Source: Candidatus Pyrohabitans jungbluthii (GTDB taxonomy: Archaea; Hydrothermarchaeota; Hydrothermarchaeia; Hydrothermarchaeales; BMS3B). From it: DNA of 64,000 nucleotides. A program made the translations under genes and the position numbers. The stretch lies in the NCBI GenBank assembly GCA_002010065.2, contig MTMD02000002.1, positions 1 to 64,000 of the forward strand, read 5' to 3'. The notes under the pieces were generated by a model. It ran no database searches and was not told the DNA's origin. It saw nothing but the letters and a program-made list of their open reading frames with translations. Shown piece after piece: positions 20,942 through 30,271 of the stretch (position 1 is its first letter; each line of letters begins with the position of its first letter).

Positions 20942-22107
20942 TTCTCTGCTTATTATATGGATGTGTATCTATGGTTCCAGGAGGAATTAAAGATGGTACG
21001 GAAGGGGTAATAGGGGCGGGGAAGGCGCCCCTATACAGGATAGAAAGGGCGCAGCAGCTGATGCAGCGTGAGGGTGTTGACCTGCTCGTTGTCGCAAGCA
21101 GCGAAAGCTACCGCTACTTTACCGGCGAGGCAAGGGAGCGTATGTGCCTCCTTATACCCCAGGGGGGCGACGCGACGCTGCTTTTACCTGAAAGCGAGAT
21201 TCACAGCTACGGCGGAGAGATTAAAGCGCTGCCCTACGCTGCCTTACCGCAGATGCTCTCCCAGGTTAACGCCTTCGCCTCGCGCCTTGGTTCTAAGCCC
21301 CGAGTGGCGGTGGTGGCTGAGACGTCTACACCTCTGTACATGGTGGAGCACCTGGCGAATGCCCTGCCTGGCTTTGAGATCAAGGTTGCGAGGAGGATAA
21401 TCACAGCGCTGCGTATGCATAAGGACGCCGCCGAGATACGCGCGCTCCGTCAGGCGGGAAAGCTCGCTAAGGAGGGAATGAGCCACGCTATAGAACAGCT
21501 CCGGCAGGGCACAACCGAAGCCCAGCTCGCGGCAGAGGTGGAGTGCTACCTGCGCAGGCAGGGTGCCGAGGTTGCACGTGTGGGGGTGAACTCTGGCGAG
21601 AGAAGCACTTCGCCTGAGCGCACAGCTACGGGTAAAAAGATAAATAAACATGAGGCTGTGGTGATAAGCATCTCTGTCGCCTGGGAAGGCTACTTCGCAG
21701 AGATGAGCAGGGTGGCAACGCTCGGCAGCGCAGGGGAGGAGCTTCACAAGCTTCATGGCGTTTATCTTAAAATGCTCGACTCTGCCCTCGAGGCGCTTAA
21801 GCCCAAGGCAAAGGTGATGGAGGCGGAGAAGCAGGCAACATTTCTTGCGTACGAACATGGCTATGGTGAGCTTTATCCGGGAGGCTTTATACACGGCATA
21901 GGCTTGGGTGTACAGGAGGCTCCTTACTACGAGGCTTACCCTGAGGATGCGCTGCTTGAGCTTGACGCTAATGCAAGCCTCGCCGTGGGGCATGCTCTGC
22001 TCGCCTCGCCTTTGGCGGGAGGGGTGCGCTTAGAGGAGACTGTTCTGCTTCGCGACTCCCGCATAGAGGTGCTCACGCGCTTTCCGCGGGAGATAGCTGA
22101 GGTTTAG
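20938..22107 (+). CDS. M24 (Xaa-Pro peptidase/creatinase) family protein with degenerate metal site; start uncertain
   Basis: Creatinase-N region, RMHKDAAEI, HGIGL, GGVRLEE; several metal ligands substituted. Confidence 0.8.
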   Translation: MILCLLYGCVSMVPGGIKDGTEGVIGAGKAPLYRIERAQQLMQREGVDLLVVASSESYRYFTGEARERMCLLIPQGGDATLLLPESEIHSYGGEIKALPYAALPQMLSQVNAFASRLGSKPRVAVVAETSTPLYMVEHLANALPGFEIKVARRIITALRMHKDAAEIRALRQAGKLAKEGMSHAIEQLRQGTTEAQLAAEVECYLRRQGAEVARVGVNSGERSTSPERTATGKKINKHEAVVISISVAWEGYFAEMSRVATLGSAGEELHKLHGVYLKMLDSALEALKPKAKVMEAEKQATFLAYEHGYGELYPGGFIHGIGLGVQEAPYYEAYPEDALLELDANASLAVGHALLASPLAGGVRLEETVLLRDSRIEVLTRFPREIAEV

Positions 22108-22730
22108 CCAACTATCGTCGCGAAGGCTTCAGCGATGCCGTCTATGATGAACTGCACAGCTATCGCTGCGAGAAGAAGACCCATGAGGCGGGTCACCACC
22201 TTTGTGCCAGTGGTGCCCAGGAGACGGTAAACGGCGCTTGCGTGTATGAGGATGAGGTACGAGACCAGAAAGACCAGTACTATAGCCAGGGCGAGCAGCA
22301 TCATCTCAGCCTCACTTGAAGCTCTGCTCAACAGCACTATGCCTGTGGTTATCGCCCCGGGCCCTGTGAGCAGGGGCACGGCGAGGGGAGTAACTGTAAT
22401 CTCCTCCCGGCGCTCAGACTCCTCCTCTGGCGTCAGCTCGGTGCGGGTACGCATTCCGAACAGCATCTCCATCGCTATGACGAAGAGCAGCATTCCACCC
22501 GCGATGCGAAAGGAGTACATCTGTATCCCCAGGTAGGCGAAGATGTAGACGCCTAGGTAGGTAAAGAGCAGAAGCACCACCGCAGCTACGAGCGTTGCCT
22601 TCTTCACAGCTCTGCGATACTCCCCCTTCGTGGCGCCAGAAAGCAGGGAGAGAAAGATGGGCACATTAGCTACGGGATCGATAATTATAAAGAGCGCTGT
22701 GAAAGAGTAGATGAGGAAGTTTAAGTCCAT
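22104..22730 (-). CDS. MarC family membrane protein
   Basis: IIDP, FRIAGG, PLAVPLLTGPGAI, RLMGLLL. Confidence 0.92.
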   Translation of the reverse strand: MDLNFLIYSFTALFIIIDPVANVPIFLSLLSGATKGEYRRAVKKATLVAAVVLLLFTYLGVYIFAYLGIQMYSFRIAGGMLLFVIAMEMLFGMRTRTELTPEEESERREEITVTPLAVPLLTGPGAITTGIVLLSRASSEAEMMLLALAIVLVFLVSYLILIHASAVYRLLGTTGTKVVTRLMGLLLAAIAVQFIIDGIAEAFATIVG

Positions 22731-22770
22731 TCTGACACCTTCTAATACTCATGCCTGAAATTATATAATT

Positions 22771-23805
22771 CTACCTGTGGCTCCACTTCAGCGTAAGCTG
22801 CTCATCACCCCATTCAAACACAGGCACGCGCGCTCTGAACCCCTCCCGAACCTCATTCAGTGCGTGCACAACTATGGGCAGAGCAATGGTGGCATCGACG
22901 AAGCACTGCACCTTCTTTGAATGGGGCGAGATCTTACCCCAGCTCACCGCCTCCTCGAATGTGCACCCGCTCAGCCCGCCCCAGTGGGGCGCATCTGTGG
23001 TGAACTGCACTGCATAGTCGTGCCCACCCTTATCAATGCCAAGAATCGAGGCGATTACCTCAGTCTGCTGTATGAAGTTCTTGGGCACGCCGCCGCCGAC
23101 GTAAACCACGCCTGTCTTCTCAGCCTTCTCCACTATCTGCGTTATCTCATCCACGTCCTTTAGTTGGTTGACAACAACGCTATGCCCAGAACGCCTTGCA
23201 AGGGTTAGCCCTATTCCTACGGAAGAGTCGCCCAGTGCGGGCACGAACACAGGTACGCGCCTGCGATGCGCAGCCACAACAAAGGAATCACTGGCGGCGC
23301 CTCTCTGCGAGAGCTTCTCACCCAGAAATGCAACTATCTCCCGCGAGGAGTACTCCTTCTCAGCGCTCAGCTCTCTGCTCAGCTCGCTTATCAGCCTATC
23401 TACGTTTCTAAACTCCTCCTCACTCGCAAAAACGTCGTAAATCCTGTCTATGCCGTGCTTGAAAAGCAGAGCATCGTCCGCATTTGGCGAGCCAAGAAAG
23501 TGCTTACCTCCCAGCGCCTCGTGGATGTCGTGAAACACGTTTGCGCCAGTGGTAACGACAACATCAACAAGACGGTGCTCTATCAGGTGCGCAACCACGC
23601 GGCGCATTCCTGCGGGAATCATGGCGCCGCTCATCCCGAAGAAGACGACGCAGCTTTCGTCGCGAAGCATCTCCCGCCAGGCAAGGAAGGCTTCGCCCAG
23701 CTTCCGCCCCTGGAAACCTGTCTTTGCCATCGCTTCCAGAAGCTCGCTGATTCTGCGCTCCTTAACCTCTACAGGCTCTGTGGGATGAGAGAGAATGTGC
23801 GCCAT
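22771..23805 (-). CDS. Deoxyhypusine synthase family protein
   Basis: GFQG, SGAMIPAG, GGGVPKN, GGLSGCTFEEAVSWGK, DATIALP. Confidence 0.92.
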   Translation of the reverse strand: MAHILSHPTEPVEVKERRISELLEAMAKTGFQGRKLGEAFLAWREMLRDESCVVFFGMSGAMIPAGMRRVVAHLIEHRLVDVVVTTGANVFHDIHEALGGKHFLGSPNADDALLFKHGIDRIYDVFASEEEFRNVDRLISELSRELSAEKEYSSREIVAFLGEKLSQRGAASDSFVVAAHRRRVPVFVPALGDSSVGIGLTLARRSGHSVVVNQLKDVDEITQIVEKAEKTGVVYVGGGVPKNFIQQTEVIASILGIDKGGHDYAVQFTTDAPHWGGLSGCTFEEAVSWGKISPHSKKVQCFVDATIALPIVVHALNEVREGFRARVPVFEWGDEQLTLKWSHR

Positions 23806-23899
23806 AACAATCCACCGGGATTTGCTCCCCCTTCACATGGGGCAAATTTTCTGAATAAGGCGATTGACTAACTTTGGAAGAAAAATAAGGAAAAATGTG

Positions 23900-24331
23900 C
23901 TAGATGCTCTGCAGCTCATCCGCCTCCAGCAGCCTTATCCCCTCGCGGGAGAGCACCTCCTCCGCCTTCTTTATGTCGTCGACGCGCGCAATGAGCACCG
24001 CTTTCTCCTTCGCCCTTGCTATGAACGCATAGGCGTAGTCTATGTTCACACCGGCATCGCCCAGGGCGGAGGCTATCTTCGCCAGGCTGCCAGGCTCATC
24101 GCCCATCTCAATCGCAAGCACCTTGTTAACGCCTACAGTGAAGCCGCTGTTGGTGAGCACTGCCTTGGCCTCGTGGGGCTTATCCACGATAAGGCGAATT
24201 ACCCCGAACTCCCCAAGCTCGGCGATGGACAGGGCGCGGATGTTGATTCCCGCCTCGCCCAGAATTTCAGTAACCTTGGAGAGCCTTCCCGGCTTGTTCT
24301 CCACAAACACACTAACCTGCTCCACAACCAT
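23900..24331 (-). CDS. Tandem ACT-domain protein
   Basis: QVSVFVENKPGRL, DEPGSL, NIDYAY; typical paaK neighbour. Confidence 0.9.
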   Translation of the reverse strand: MVVEQVSVFVENKPGRLSKVTEILGEAGINIRALSIAELGEFGVIRLIVDKPHEAKAVLTNSGFTVGVNKVLAIEMGDEPGSLAKIASALGDAGVNIDYAYAFIARAKEKAVLIARVDDIKKAEEVLSREGIRLLEADELQSI

Positions 24332-24342
24332 TGCCAAACCTC

Positions 24343-25650
24343 CTAAATCTTCCCCTTCCTCAGGTCCACGACGCGCTGCGCCTTGCCAGGGGTGCGCGGA
24401 ATTGTGCCCGGCTCTACAAGCTCCACTTTAGCTCGGACGTTGAGCACCGCCGCAAGCTCCTCCTCAACGCGCCTGCGCAGCGCTTCAAGCTCAGCGAGCT
24501 TATCAGAGAACACCTCTGGCGTTACCTCCACCTTCACCCTGAGCACGTCTAGGATGTCTCTATCCACTATTATCTGATAGTGGTCTCCTATGCCAGGGAT
24601 GCGCATGAGTACGTGCTCCACCTGCGATGGGAACACGTTCACCCCACGTATTATTAGCATGTCGTCACTTCTTCCGAGAATACGGAGCATCCTGGGATGC
24701 GTTCTTCCGCATGCGCAGGAATCCTCTTCTACTACGCTTATATCGCGGGAGCGGTAGCGAAGCAGTGGCATTGCATCTCGCGTCAGGGTGGTGAACACAA
24801 GCTCGCCCTTCTCCCCCGGCTCAAGCACCTCTCCCGTCTCCGGGTCAATGACCTCCATGATGAAGTGGTCCGCCCAGATGTGCAAGCCAGCGCGCTCCTC
24901 GCACTCCATGCCCACGCCAGGACCCCAGATTTCGCTCAAGCCGTAGACGTCGTGAGCGCGGAGGTTGAGTGCCGCCTCTATCTTCTTGCGCGTGGCTTCG
25001 CTCCAGGGCTCAGCGCCGAATATACCTATGCGGAGGCTGAAGTCATTCTCCGGATCTATGCCTTCCTTCTTCGCCTCCTCCGCTAAGTAAAGCGCATAGC
25101 TTGGGGTGCAGCACAGCACTGTGCTGTGCATATCCTTCATTATCTGAATCTGCCTCTTGGTCGGGGTGATGCCCCCACCAGCAGGTATTGTCGCCGCTCC
25201 AAGCTCCTCGCAGCCATAGTGGAATCCCAAGCCGCCGGTAAATAAGCCATAGCCGTAGGCCACCTGCACAATATCCTCGCTTGTTACGCCAGCCGTAGCT
25301 AAGCCGCGAGCCATTATCCTTGCCCAGGTGGAGATGTCCTTCTTTGTGTAGCCCACCACCGTGGGTATGCCTGTGGTGCCCGAACTTGAGTGGAAGCGCA
25401 CCACTTCCTTAAGAGGCTTCGCCAGGATGCCATAGGGATAGTGGTCGCGCAGGTCGTCCTTAACTGTGAAGGGAATCTTCGCCAGGTCGTCTAAGCTCCG
25501 GATATCGCTTGGAGAAAGCTGCGCCTCTTTAAACTTCTTCCTGTAAAAAGGTACGTTCTCATAGCAGTACTTCACAGTAGCCTTCAAACGCTCAAGCTGG
25601 AGCTCCTTAAGCTCCTTCAGGGGCATTGTCTCCATTTCTGGCTCGAACAT
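24343..25650 (-). CDS. paaK: Phenylacetate--CoA ligase family protein (paralog 1)
   Basis: [32 protein letters not shown]. Confidence 0.92.
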   Translation of the reverse strand: MFEPEMETMPLKELKELQLERLKATVKYCYENVPFYRKKFKEAQLSPSDIRSLDDLAKIPFTVKDDLRDHYPYGILAKPLKEVVRFHSSSGTTGIPTVVGYTKKDISTWARIMARGLATAGVTSEDIVQVAYGYGLFTGGLGFHYGCEELGAATIPAGGGITPTKRQIQIMKDMHSTVLCCTPSYALYLAEEAKKEGIDPENDFSLRIGIFGAEPWSEATRKKIEAALNLRAHDVYGLSEIWGPGVGMECEERAGLHIWADHFIMEVIDPETGEVLEPGEKGELVFTTLTRDAMPLLRYRSRDISVVEEDSCACGRTHPRMLRILGRSDDMLIIRGVNVFPSQVEHVLMRIPGIGDHYQIIVDRDILDVLRVKVEVTPEVFSDKLAELEALRRRVEEELAAVLNVRAKVELVEPGTIPRTPGKAQRVVDLRKGKI

Positions 25651-25709
25651 TTTACCACCTTTCCCGATATTTCACTCTACGCTGAGAGATATAACTCTTT
25701 CTCATTTCT

Positions 25710-25839
25710 CGAAGAACACTCTTGAGCTTAGCTTAAGCTTACTTTTAAGCTTTATGAGTTTATCTGCTTTTCCACAGAAAATCCTTTCAGCGACTCCCAC
25801 ATTAACCTTAAGCACATCAATTCTACTCAGACTGTCCAC
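25710..25839 (-). pseudogene. Decayed, frameshifted copy of a paaK C-terminus
   Basis: Translates VDSLSRIDVLKVNVGVAERIFCGKADKLIKLKSKL/fs/AKLKSVL versus paralog 2 VDRQGTMDVLQVNVEVTERIFRGETEELLKLKNRLEAKLKSVL. Confidence 0.8.
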
Positions 25840-25854
25840 TGAGGTGTTGTGTAT

Positions 25855-26679
25855 TTATCCCCACAGAGAAAGATAATTTCTATAAAATATCCTACTCTTA
25901 TCACGATTGCTTAATTCTAGCTCATTTATTTGGTCTATTTGTGCCTTATATCCTGCCCATGGCTCGTCTGAGCCGAAAAGTACTTTTTCTACATTTGTTG
26001 ACACAATCTCTCCAAACGAGGTATTCCTCGACCTAAAAACCACTTTATAAAACCGCAGAGTGCAGGCACTTGTGTCAACAAATAAATTTGGCAGTTCATC
26101 AAGCGCCTCAATAATTTCAGAAACGCCGTTTGCACAGTGAGCTACTTGGAAATTTATTCCATCAAATTTTTCAACAATTTTGAGGAATTTTTCTGGATTT
26201 TGTTCTGTTTTTTCTGATATGTGTATAATCAAATTCAATTCTCTTTCGTTTAGATATTTGAGCAAATCTCCGGACAGTTTCCCGTATGGTTCATAGTGTT
26301 TCACGCCTTTAATATTCTCGAAATTTTCTAAATCCGAATATTCAAATTTTGAACTTATGAAAGGAACAAATTCGATTTTATCATCCTGTAAATTGCTAAT
26401 TTCTTCATTGGTTTTAGAATAATCGACAGTATAATTGAAAAATTTCTTCCAAATGTCTCTCAAAAGGCTTGAACCAAAAGGATAAAAGATTCCTTCAATC
26501 AAATATTTTTTAAGGCTGCTAGGCAATGGCTGTGGAAAAAGGACGGATTTCTCGACATTATATTTCTCCCAATCGCTTTTAAGGGCTTCGTATGTTTTAT
26601 TAGCCCAGATTTTGGATCGGCACACAGCACCATCAAAACTTTCTCTTCCATAATGGCAATGTGCGTCGTTTATTTTCAT
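25855..26679 (-). CDS. Amidohydrolase_2 family metallohydrolase (AT-rich)
   Basis: DAHCH, GVKHY, IIH, AHC, VDTS, LFGSDEP. Confidence 0.82.
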   Translation of the reverse strand: MKINDAHCHYGRESFDGAVCRSKIWANKTYEALKSDWEKYNVEKSVLFPQPLPSSLKKYLIEGIFYPFGSSLLRDIWKKFFNYTVDYSKTNEEISNLQDDKIEFVPFISSKFEYSDLENFENIKGVKHYEPYGKLSGDLLKYLNERELNLIIHISEKTEQNPEKFLKIVEKFDGINFQVAHCANGVSEIIEALDELPNLFVDTSACTLRFYKVVFRSRNTSFGEIVSTNVEKVLFGSDEPWAGYKAQIDQINELELSNRDKSRIFYRNYLSLWG

Positions 26680-26826
26680 AATTATCAGGTGGATTTGAGA
26701 TATAAAAATCTTTCTTACAGAGGCTGTCAAATCCATATAAGATAATTTTAAACACCTTTTGATTTCGCCAGATATAATCCGACAGACGCAAATTTTTTAT
26801 TGTTTGGAGATAAAATATTAAATAAA

Positions 26827-27303
26827 ATGGGGGATATTCATTTTTTTATCCGGGACCTCAAACAGGAGGACTTAGATAAAATTCTTGCAATTGAGAGGGT
26901 CTCTTTTCGCCTTCCTTGGAGCAAGGAACGATTCCAGCAGGAATTTCAAGCTAATCCCTCAGACTTCAGAATTGTTGCGGTGGTAGATGGGGAGGTAGTT
27001 GGCTATAGCATAGCAAGGATTGAGATTACCATTAATATTCGGCGCTTCAAGTTCTACAGGCGATGTCACCTTCTAAAACTTGCAGTAGAACCAGAGTACA
27101 GGCGCATGGGGATAGGCGATAGTCTTCTCAGGGAAACGATTAGATATGCTCGTAGAGGGGGCGCAAATGAAGTTATTTTAGAAGTTAGGGCTAAAAATAT
27201 CCAGGCAAGGCGCTTCTATAGCAATAGAGGCTTTAGGGAGGTAAAATATAAGAAAGGCTATTACCTGGATGACGATGCAGTAGTAATGACTCTAAAGAGT
27301 TAG
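26827..27303 (+). CDS. rimI: RimI-like GNAT N-acetyltransferase
   Basis: IERVSFRLPWS, LAVEPEYRRMGIG, LEVR, YYLDDDAVVM. Confidence 0.85.
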   Translation: MGDIHFFIRDLKQEDLDKILAIERVSFRLPWSKERFQQEFQANPSDFRIVAVVDGEVVGYSIARIEITINIRRFKFYRRCHLLKLAVEPEYRRMGIGDSLLRETIRYARRGGANEVILEVRAKNIQARRFYSNRGFREVKYKKGYYLDDDAVVMTLKS

Positions 27304-27370
27304 ATTAAGGTTCCTGCCATGCTATCAAAGTAAAATTGGAAGTGCATTTTACCAAAATAGGAGGAATCCC

Positions 27371-28669
27371 TCACTTCTTCCTGAGGTCCACGACGCGCTG
27401 CGCCTTGCCCTGGGACCGCGGTATTGTGCCCGGCTCCACGAACTTAACCCTCGCCTTAACTCCGAGCACACTCTTGAGCTTGGCCTCAAGGCGGTTTTTC
27501 AGCTTGAGAAGCTCCTCGGTCTCGCCCCTGAAGATCCTCTCCGTGACCTCCACATTGACCTGGAGCACATCCATGGTGCCCTGTCGATCTACGACGATCT
27601 GGTAATGCTCCGCCACCTCCGGGAAGGACATGAGCACATGCTCCACCTGCGATGGAAACACATTCACCCCGCGTATTATCAGCATGTCGTCGCTTCTCCC
27701 CATGAGGCGGGCTATCCTCGGGTGTGTCCTGCCGCAGGAGCACTCGTCTTCGAGAAGCATGCTTATGTCCCGGGTTCGGTAGCGAAGCAATGGCATGGCC
27801 TCCTTGGTGAGGGTGGTAAAAACGAGTTCGCCCTTCTCCCCAGGTCCAAGAGGCTCTCCGGTCTCGGGGTCGATAACCTCAAGGAGGAAGTGGTCGCTCC
27901 ACACGTGCATGCCCTCGCGGGCTTCGCATTCAACGGCTACGCCAGGGCCGCAGAGTTCACTCAAGCCGTAGTTGTCGTACGCCACTATGTCGTACGCCTC
28001 CTCTATGCGACGGCGCATCTCCTCGCTCCAGGGCTCGGCGCCGAAGATTCCGCGTTCAACCTCAAACTCGCGAACGTCTATGCCCTGATTGGCTGCGAAC
28101 TCCGCTAGGTAAAGGGCGTAGCTCGGCGTGGATGAGAAGGCTGTAACTCCCAAGTCGCGCATAGTGAGAAGCTGCTTCTCACTGTTTCCCACTCCGCTTG
28201 GTATCACAGCCGCGCCCACACGCTCTGCACCGTAGTGGAAGCCCAGCCCGCCTGTGAAGAAGGCATAGTTGTAGATAAGTTGCATTGTGTCCCGCTTTGT
28301 GATGCCAGCGCTTGTCAGGACGCGAGCCATAAGCTCCGCCCACGTGCCGATATCGCGGCGAGTGTAAGCCACGATGGTGGGCTTACCCGTGGTACCTGAG
28401 GAAGCATGAATTCTGACTATCTCCTCCCGTGGCACAGCCAGCATCCCATAGGGGTAATTGTCCCTCAAGTCTTCTTTCATTGTGAAGGGGAGCTTGGCAA
28501 TGTCAGCGAGGCTGCGGATATCCTGAGGGTAGAGGTTGGCTTCTTTGAACTTGGCACGGTAAAATTGCGAGTTATGAAAGCAGTACTCTACTATGGCTTT
28601 AAGCCTGCGAAGCTGAAGCTTTTCAAGCTCCTCCTGCTTGATAGTCTCCGCCTCTTTGTCCCAGAACAT
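27371..28669 (-). CDS. paaK: Phenylacetate--CoA ligase family protein (paralog 2)
   Basis: [30 protein letters not shown]. Confidence 0.92.
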   Translation of the reverse strand: MFWDKEAETIKQEELEKLQLRRLKAIVEYCFHNSQFYRAKFKEANLYPQDIRSLADIAKLPFTMKEDLRDNYPYGMLAVPREEIVRIHASSGTTGKPTIVAYTRRDIGTWAELMARVLTSAGITKRDTMQLIYNYAFFTGGLGFHYGAERVGAAVIPSGVGNSEKQLLTMRDLGVTAFSSTPSYALYLAEFAANQGIDVREFEVERGIFGAEPWSEEMRRRIEEAYDIVAYDNYGLSELCGPGVAVECEAREGMHVWSDHFLLEVIDPETGEPLGPGEKGELVFTTLTKEAMPLLRYRTRDISMLLEDECSCGRTHPRIARLMGRSDDMLIIRGVNVFPSQVEHVLMSFPEVAEHYQIVVDRQGTMDVLQVNVEVTERIFRGETEELLKLKNRLEAKLKSVLGVKARVKFVEPGTIPRSQGKAQRVVDLRKK

Positions 28670-28790
28670 GCTACCAACTTCTCCATAGGGATATAAAAAA
28701 ATTTGGTGATAAACCGAGGTTTAAGCTACTCCAACAATTTTGCCCCCACAGATAATTTTTTATAATATCCAACTTTTAAAAGCTAAAAAC

Positions 28791-29456
28791 ATGCAGAGCA
28801 CAGATAAGAATATATTGGAAAGCGCTGTTACAGTGGACGAAGACTTCAGCTTCTGCTTTTGCTGCAACAGCGAGGAGTGTAGTCTGGCGTGCTGCCATGG
28901 CCATGCTATTGCTCTGAACCCCTATGAGGTTCTGAGAATCAAAGAGTACCTGAAGCTGAGCTGTGAGGAGCTGGAAGAGGAGTATCTTCTCAGCCTCTAC
29001 GATGAGAGCGGCTTACCTCTGCTCATGCTGGATCGCGACCCATGCCCTTTTCTGAAACATAGGCGGTGCTCCATTTATCCTGCCCGTCCCCTTGCATGCA
29101 GGCTCTTCCCTCTGGGAAAGGTGTGCAACGGCGAAGCTAAGACGGTTTTCATGAAGGACTGCGACTGCTCGGGTATAGGAAAGGGCAGAAGGCTCACCCT
29201 TCGCGAGTACATTGCGGAGCAGTGCGCCGGGGAGTACATAGAGATGTGGGAGAGGTGGGTCAGCTTTGTGGACACCGTAGCTAGGGCCAAGCTCAGCCGC
29301 AAACCCATGAAGCAGGTTTTCCTTAAAATCCTCCTTTACAACTTTGACTTTCAGCCAAAAGTAGCCAAACCTCATGCCACGCTGGAGGAGCAGTTTCTGG
29401 CGAGGCTAATCGCGGCTGAGGAGTTAATCTCCGGCATAGGCTCTGAAGCCGAATAG
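28791..29456 (+). CDS. YkgJ/CxxCxxCC family Fe-S or Zn protein
   Basis: C..CC, CPFL, CSIYPARPLACRLFP. Confidence 0.85.
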   Translation: MQSTDKNILESAVTVDEDFSFCFCCNSEECSLACCHGHAIALNPYEVLRIKEYLKLSCEELEEEYLLSLYDESGLPLLMLDRDPCPFLKHRRCSIYPARPLACRLFPLGKVCNGEAKTVFMKDCDCSGIGKGRRLTLREYIAEQCAGEYIEMWERWVSFVDTVARAKLSRKPMKQVFLKILLYNFDFQPKVAKPHATLEEQFLARLIAAEELISGIGSEAE

Positions 29457-30263
29457 GAGCTGGTTTTTGATTATGAAGGCAGGAAGTTCCTCCAACCTGC
29501 TGGGACCGAAGATTGTACGCCATCCTAAGTTGAGGCGCAACACCCTCGCCTGCCTTGGCAGGATAACACTCCTGTGTGCAAGCTGAGGAGCCTCTCTTTC
29601 GAGCGTCTCCTTCAACTCCTCTGCATTAAAAGTTCCAAGCGTTAAGGCGAGGCGCATGCAGTACCCCTCACTTGGCACCACCGCAAGGTAGGCATCTATT
29701 CCCGCGAATGAGAGAGCGGCTGTAATCCTTGTTACAGTGTACAGGTAGTCGCTTGTTGCGATTAGAGGCGAAGCCTTTCCCGGGCAGCCTACCTCAAACA
29801 CACCGCTCTTTGTTGGAATCACATGCTCTGCTATGGGATACCCGGGGAGATGAGCATCCGGGTTAAACACAAGGCGCAGCGCCCTGCGAAGTTCCTCGCT
29901 CAGGTGGGGGCACCTCTCAAGCTCCTCTTCGCTTTCTACATTCTCTGCAAAGCTTTCGCAGTCCTCAAAGCTGCACTCCGCACAGTCCAGGTGGGGGAGG
30001 TATTCATAGAGCGACGCCCTTGCACTCTCCCGTTCCCTGCACGCCTCAACACAGTTGAAGCACAGGAAGCAGCGCTGGTAGTCTATCTCGGGTTTGCCTT
30101 CTACCAGGCTAACCGCCTTCACAGGGCACGCGTAGATGCAGGCTCCGCAGGCGTCGCAGCTTTCACCAAGAGGTACTCGCATGGACATTGCCCTAAAGGA
30201 GTGGGGTAACGAGAGCATAGGAACTTCCCGAACGACGGGAAGGGACGAGGGAAACGAAATCAT
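29424..30263 (-). CDS. Ferredoxin + FeS + corrinoid-binding-domain protein (CdhE/HgcA-related, no TIM barrel); start may be 30188
   Basis: Two CxxCxxCxxxC motifs; YLPHLDCAECSFEDC..F..CP as in the CdhE N-terminus; GVFEVG.P...SP...T, GTF, HRSVILP, GW..IFGP...LPAF as in the CdhE/HgcA corrinoid domain. Confidence 0.75.
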   Translation of the reverse strand: MISFPSSLPVVREVPMLSLPHSFRAMSMRVPLGESCDACGACIYACPVKAVSLVEGKPEIDYQRCFLCFNCVEACRERESARASLYEYLPHLDCAECSFEDCESFAENVESEEELERCPHLSEELRRALRLVFNPDAHLPGYPIAEHVIPTKSGVFEVGCPGKASPLIATSDYLYTVTRITAALSFAGIDAYLAVVPSEGYCMRLALTLGTFNAEELKETLEREAPQLAHRSVILPRQARVLRLNLGWRTIFGPSRLEELPAFIIKNQLLFGFRAYAGD

Positions 30264-30271
30264 CTCCGAAT

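Noticed and set aside
20981-21040. SD + ATG giving MVRKG* out of frame with the M24 gene, followed by a GC hairpin (possible frameshift)
   Set aside because: No canonical slippery heptamer, and in-frame starts exist; cannot be supported
29424-30263. True hgcA or hgcAB mercury methylase
   Set aside because: Lacks the N(V/I)WCA motif and the transmembrane domain
30250-30270. Fluoride riboswitch-like start (GGAGATG) on the minus strand
   Set aside because: The remaining consensus and pseudoknot pairing are absent
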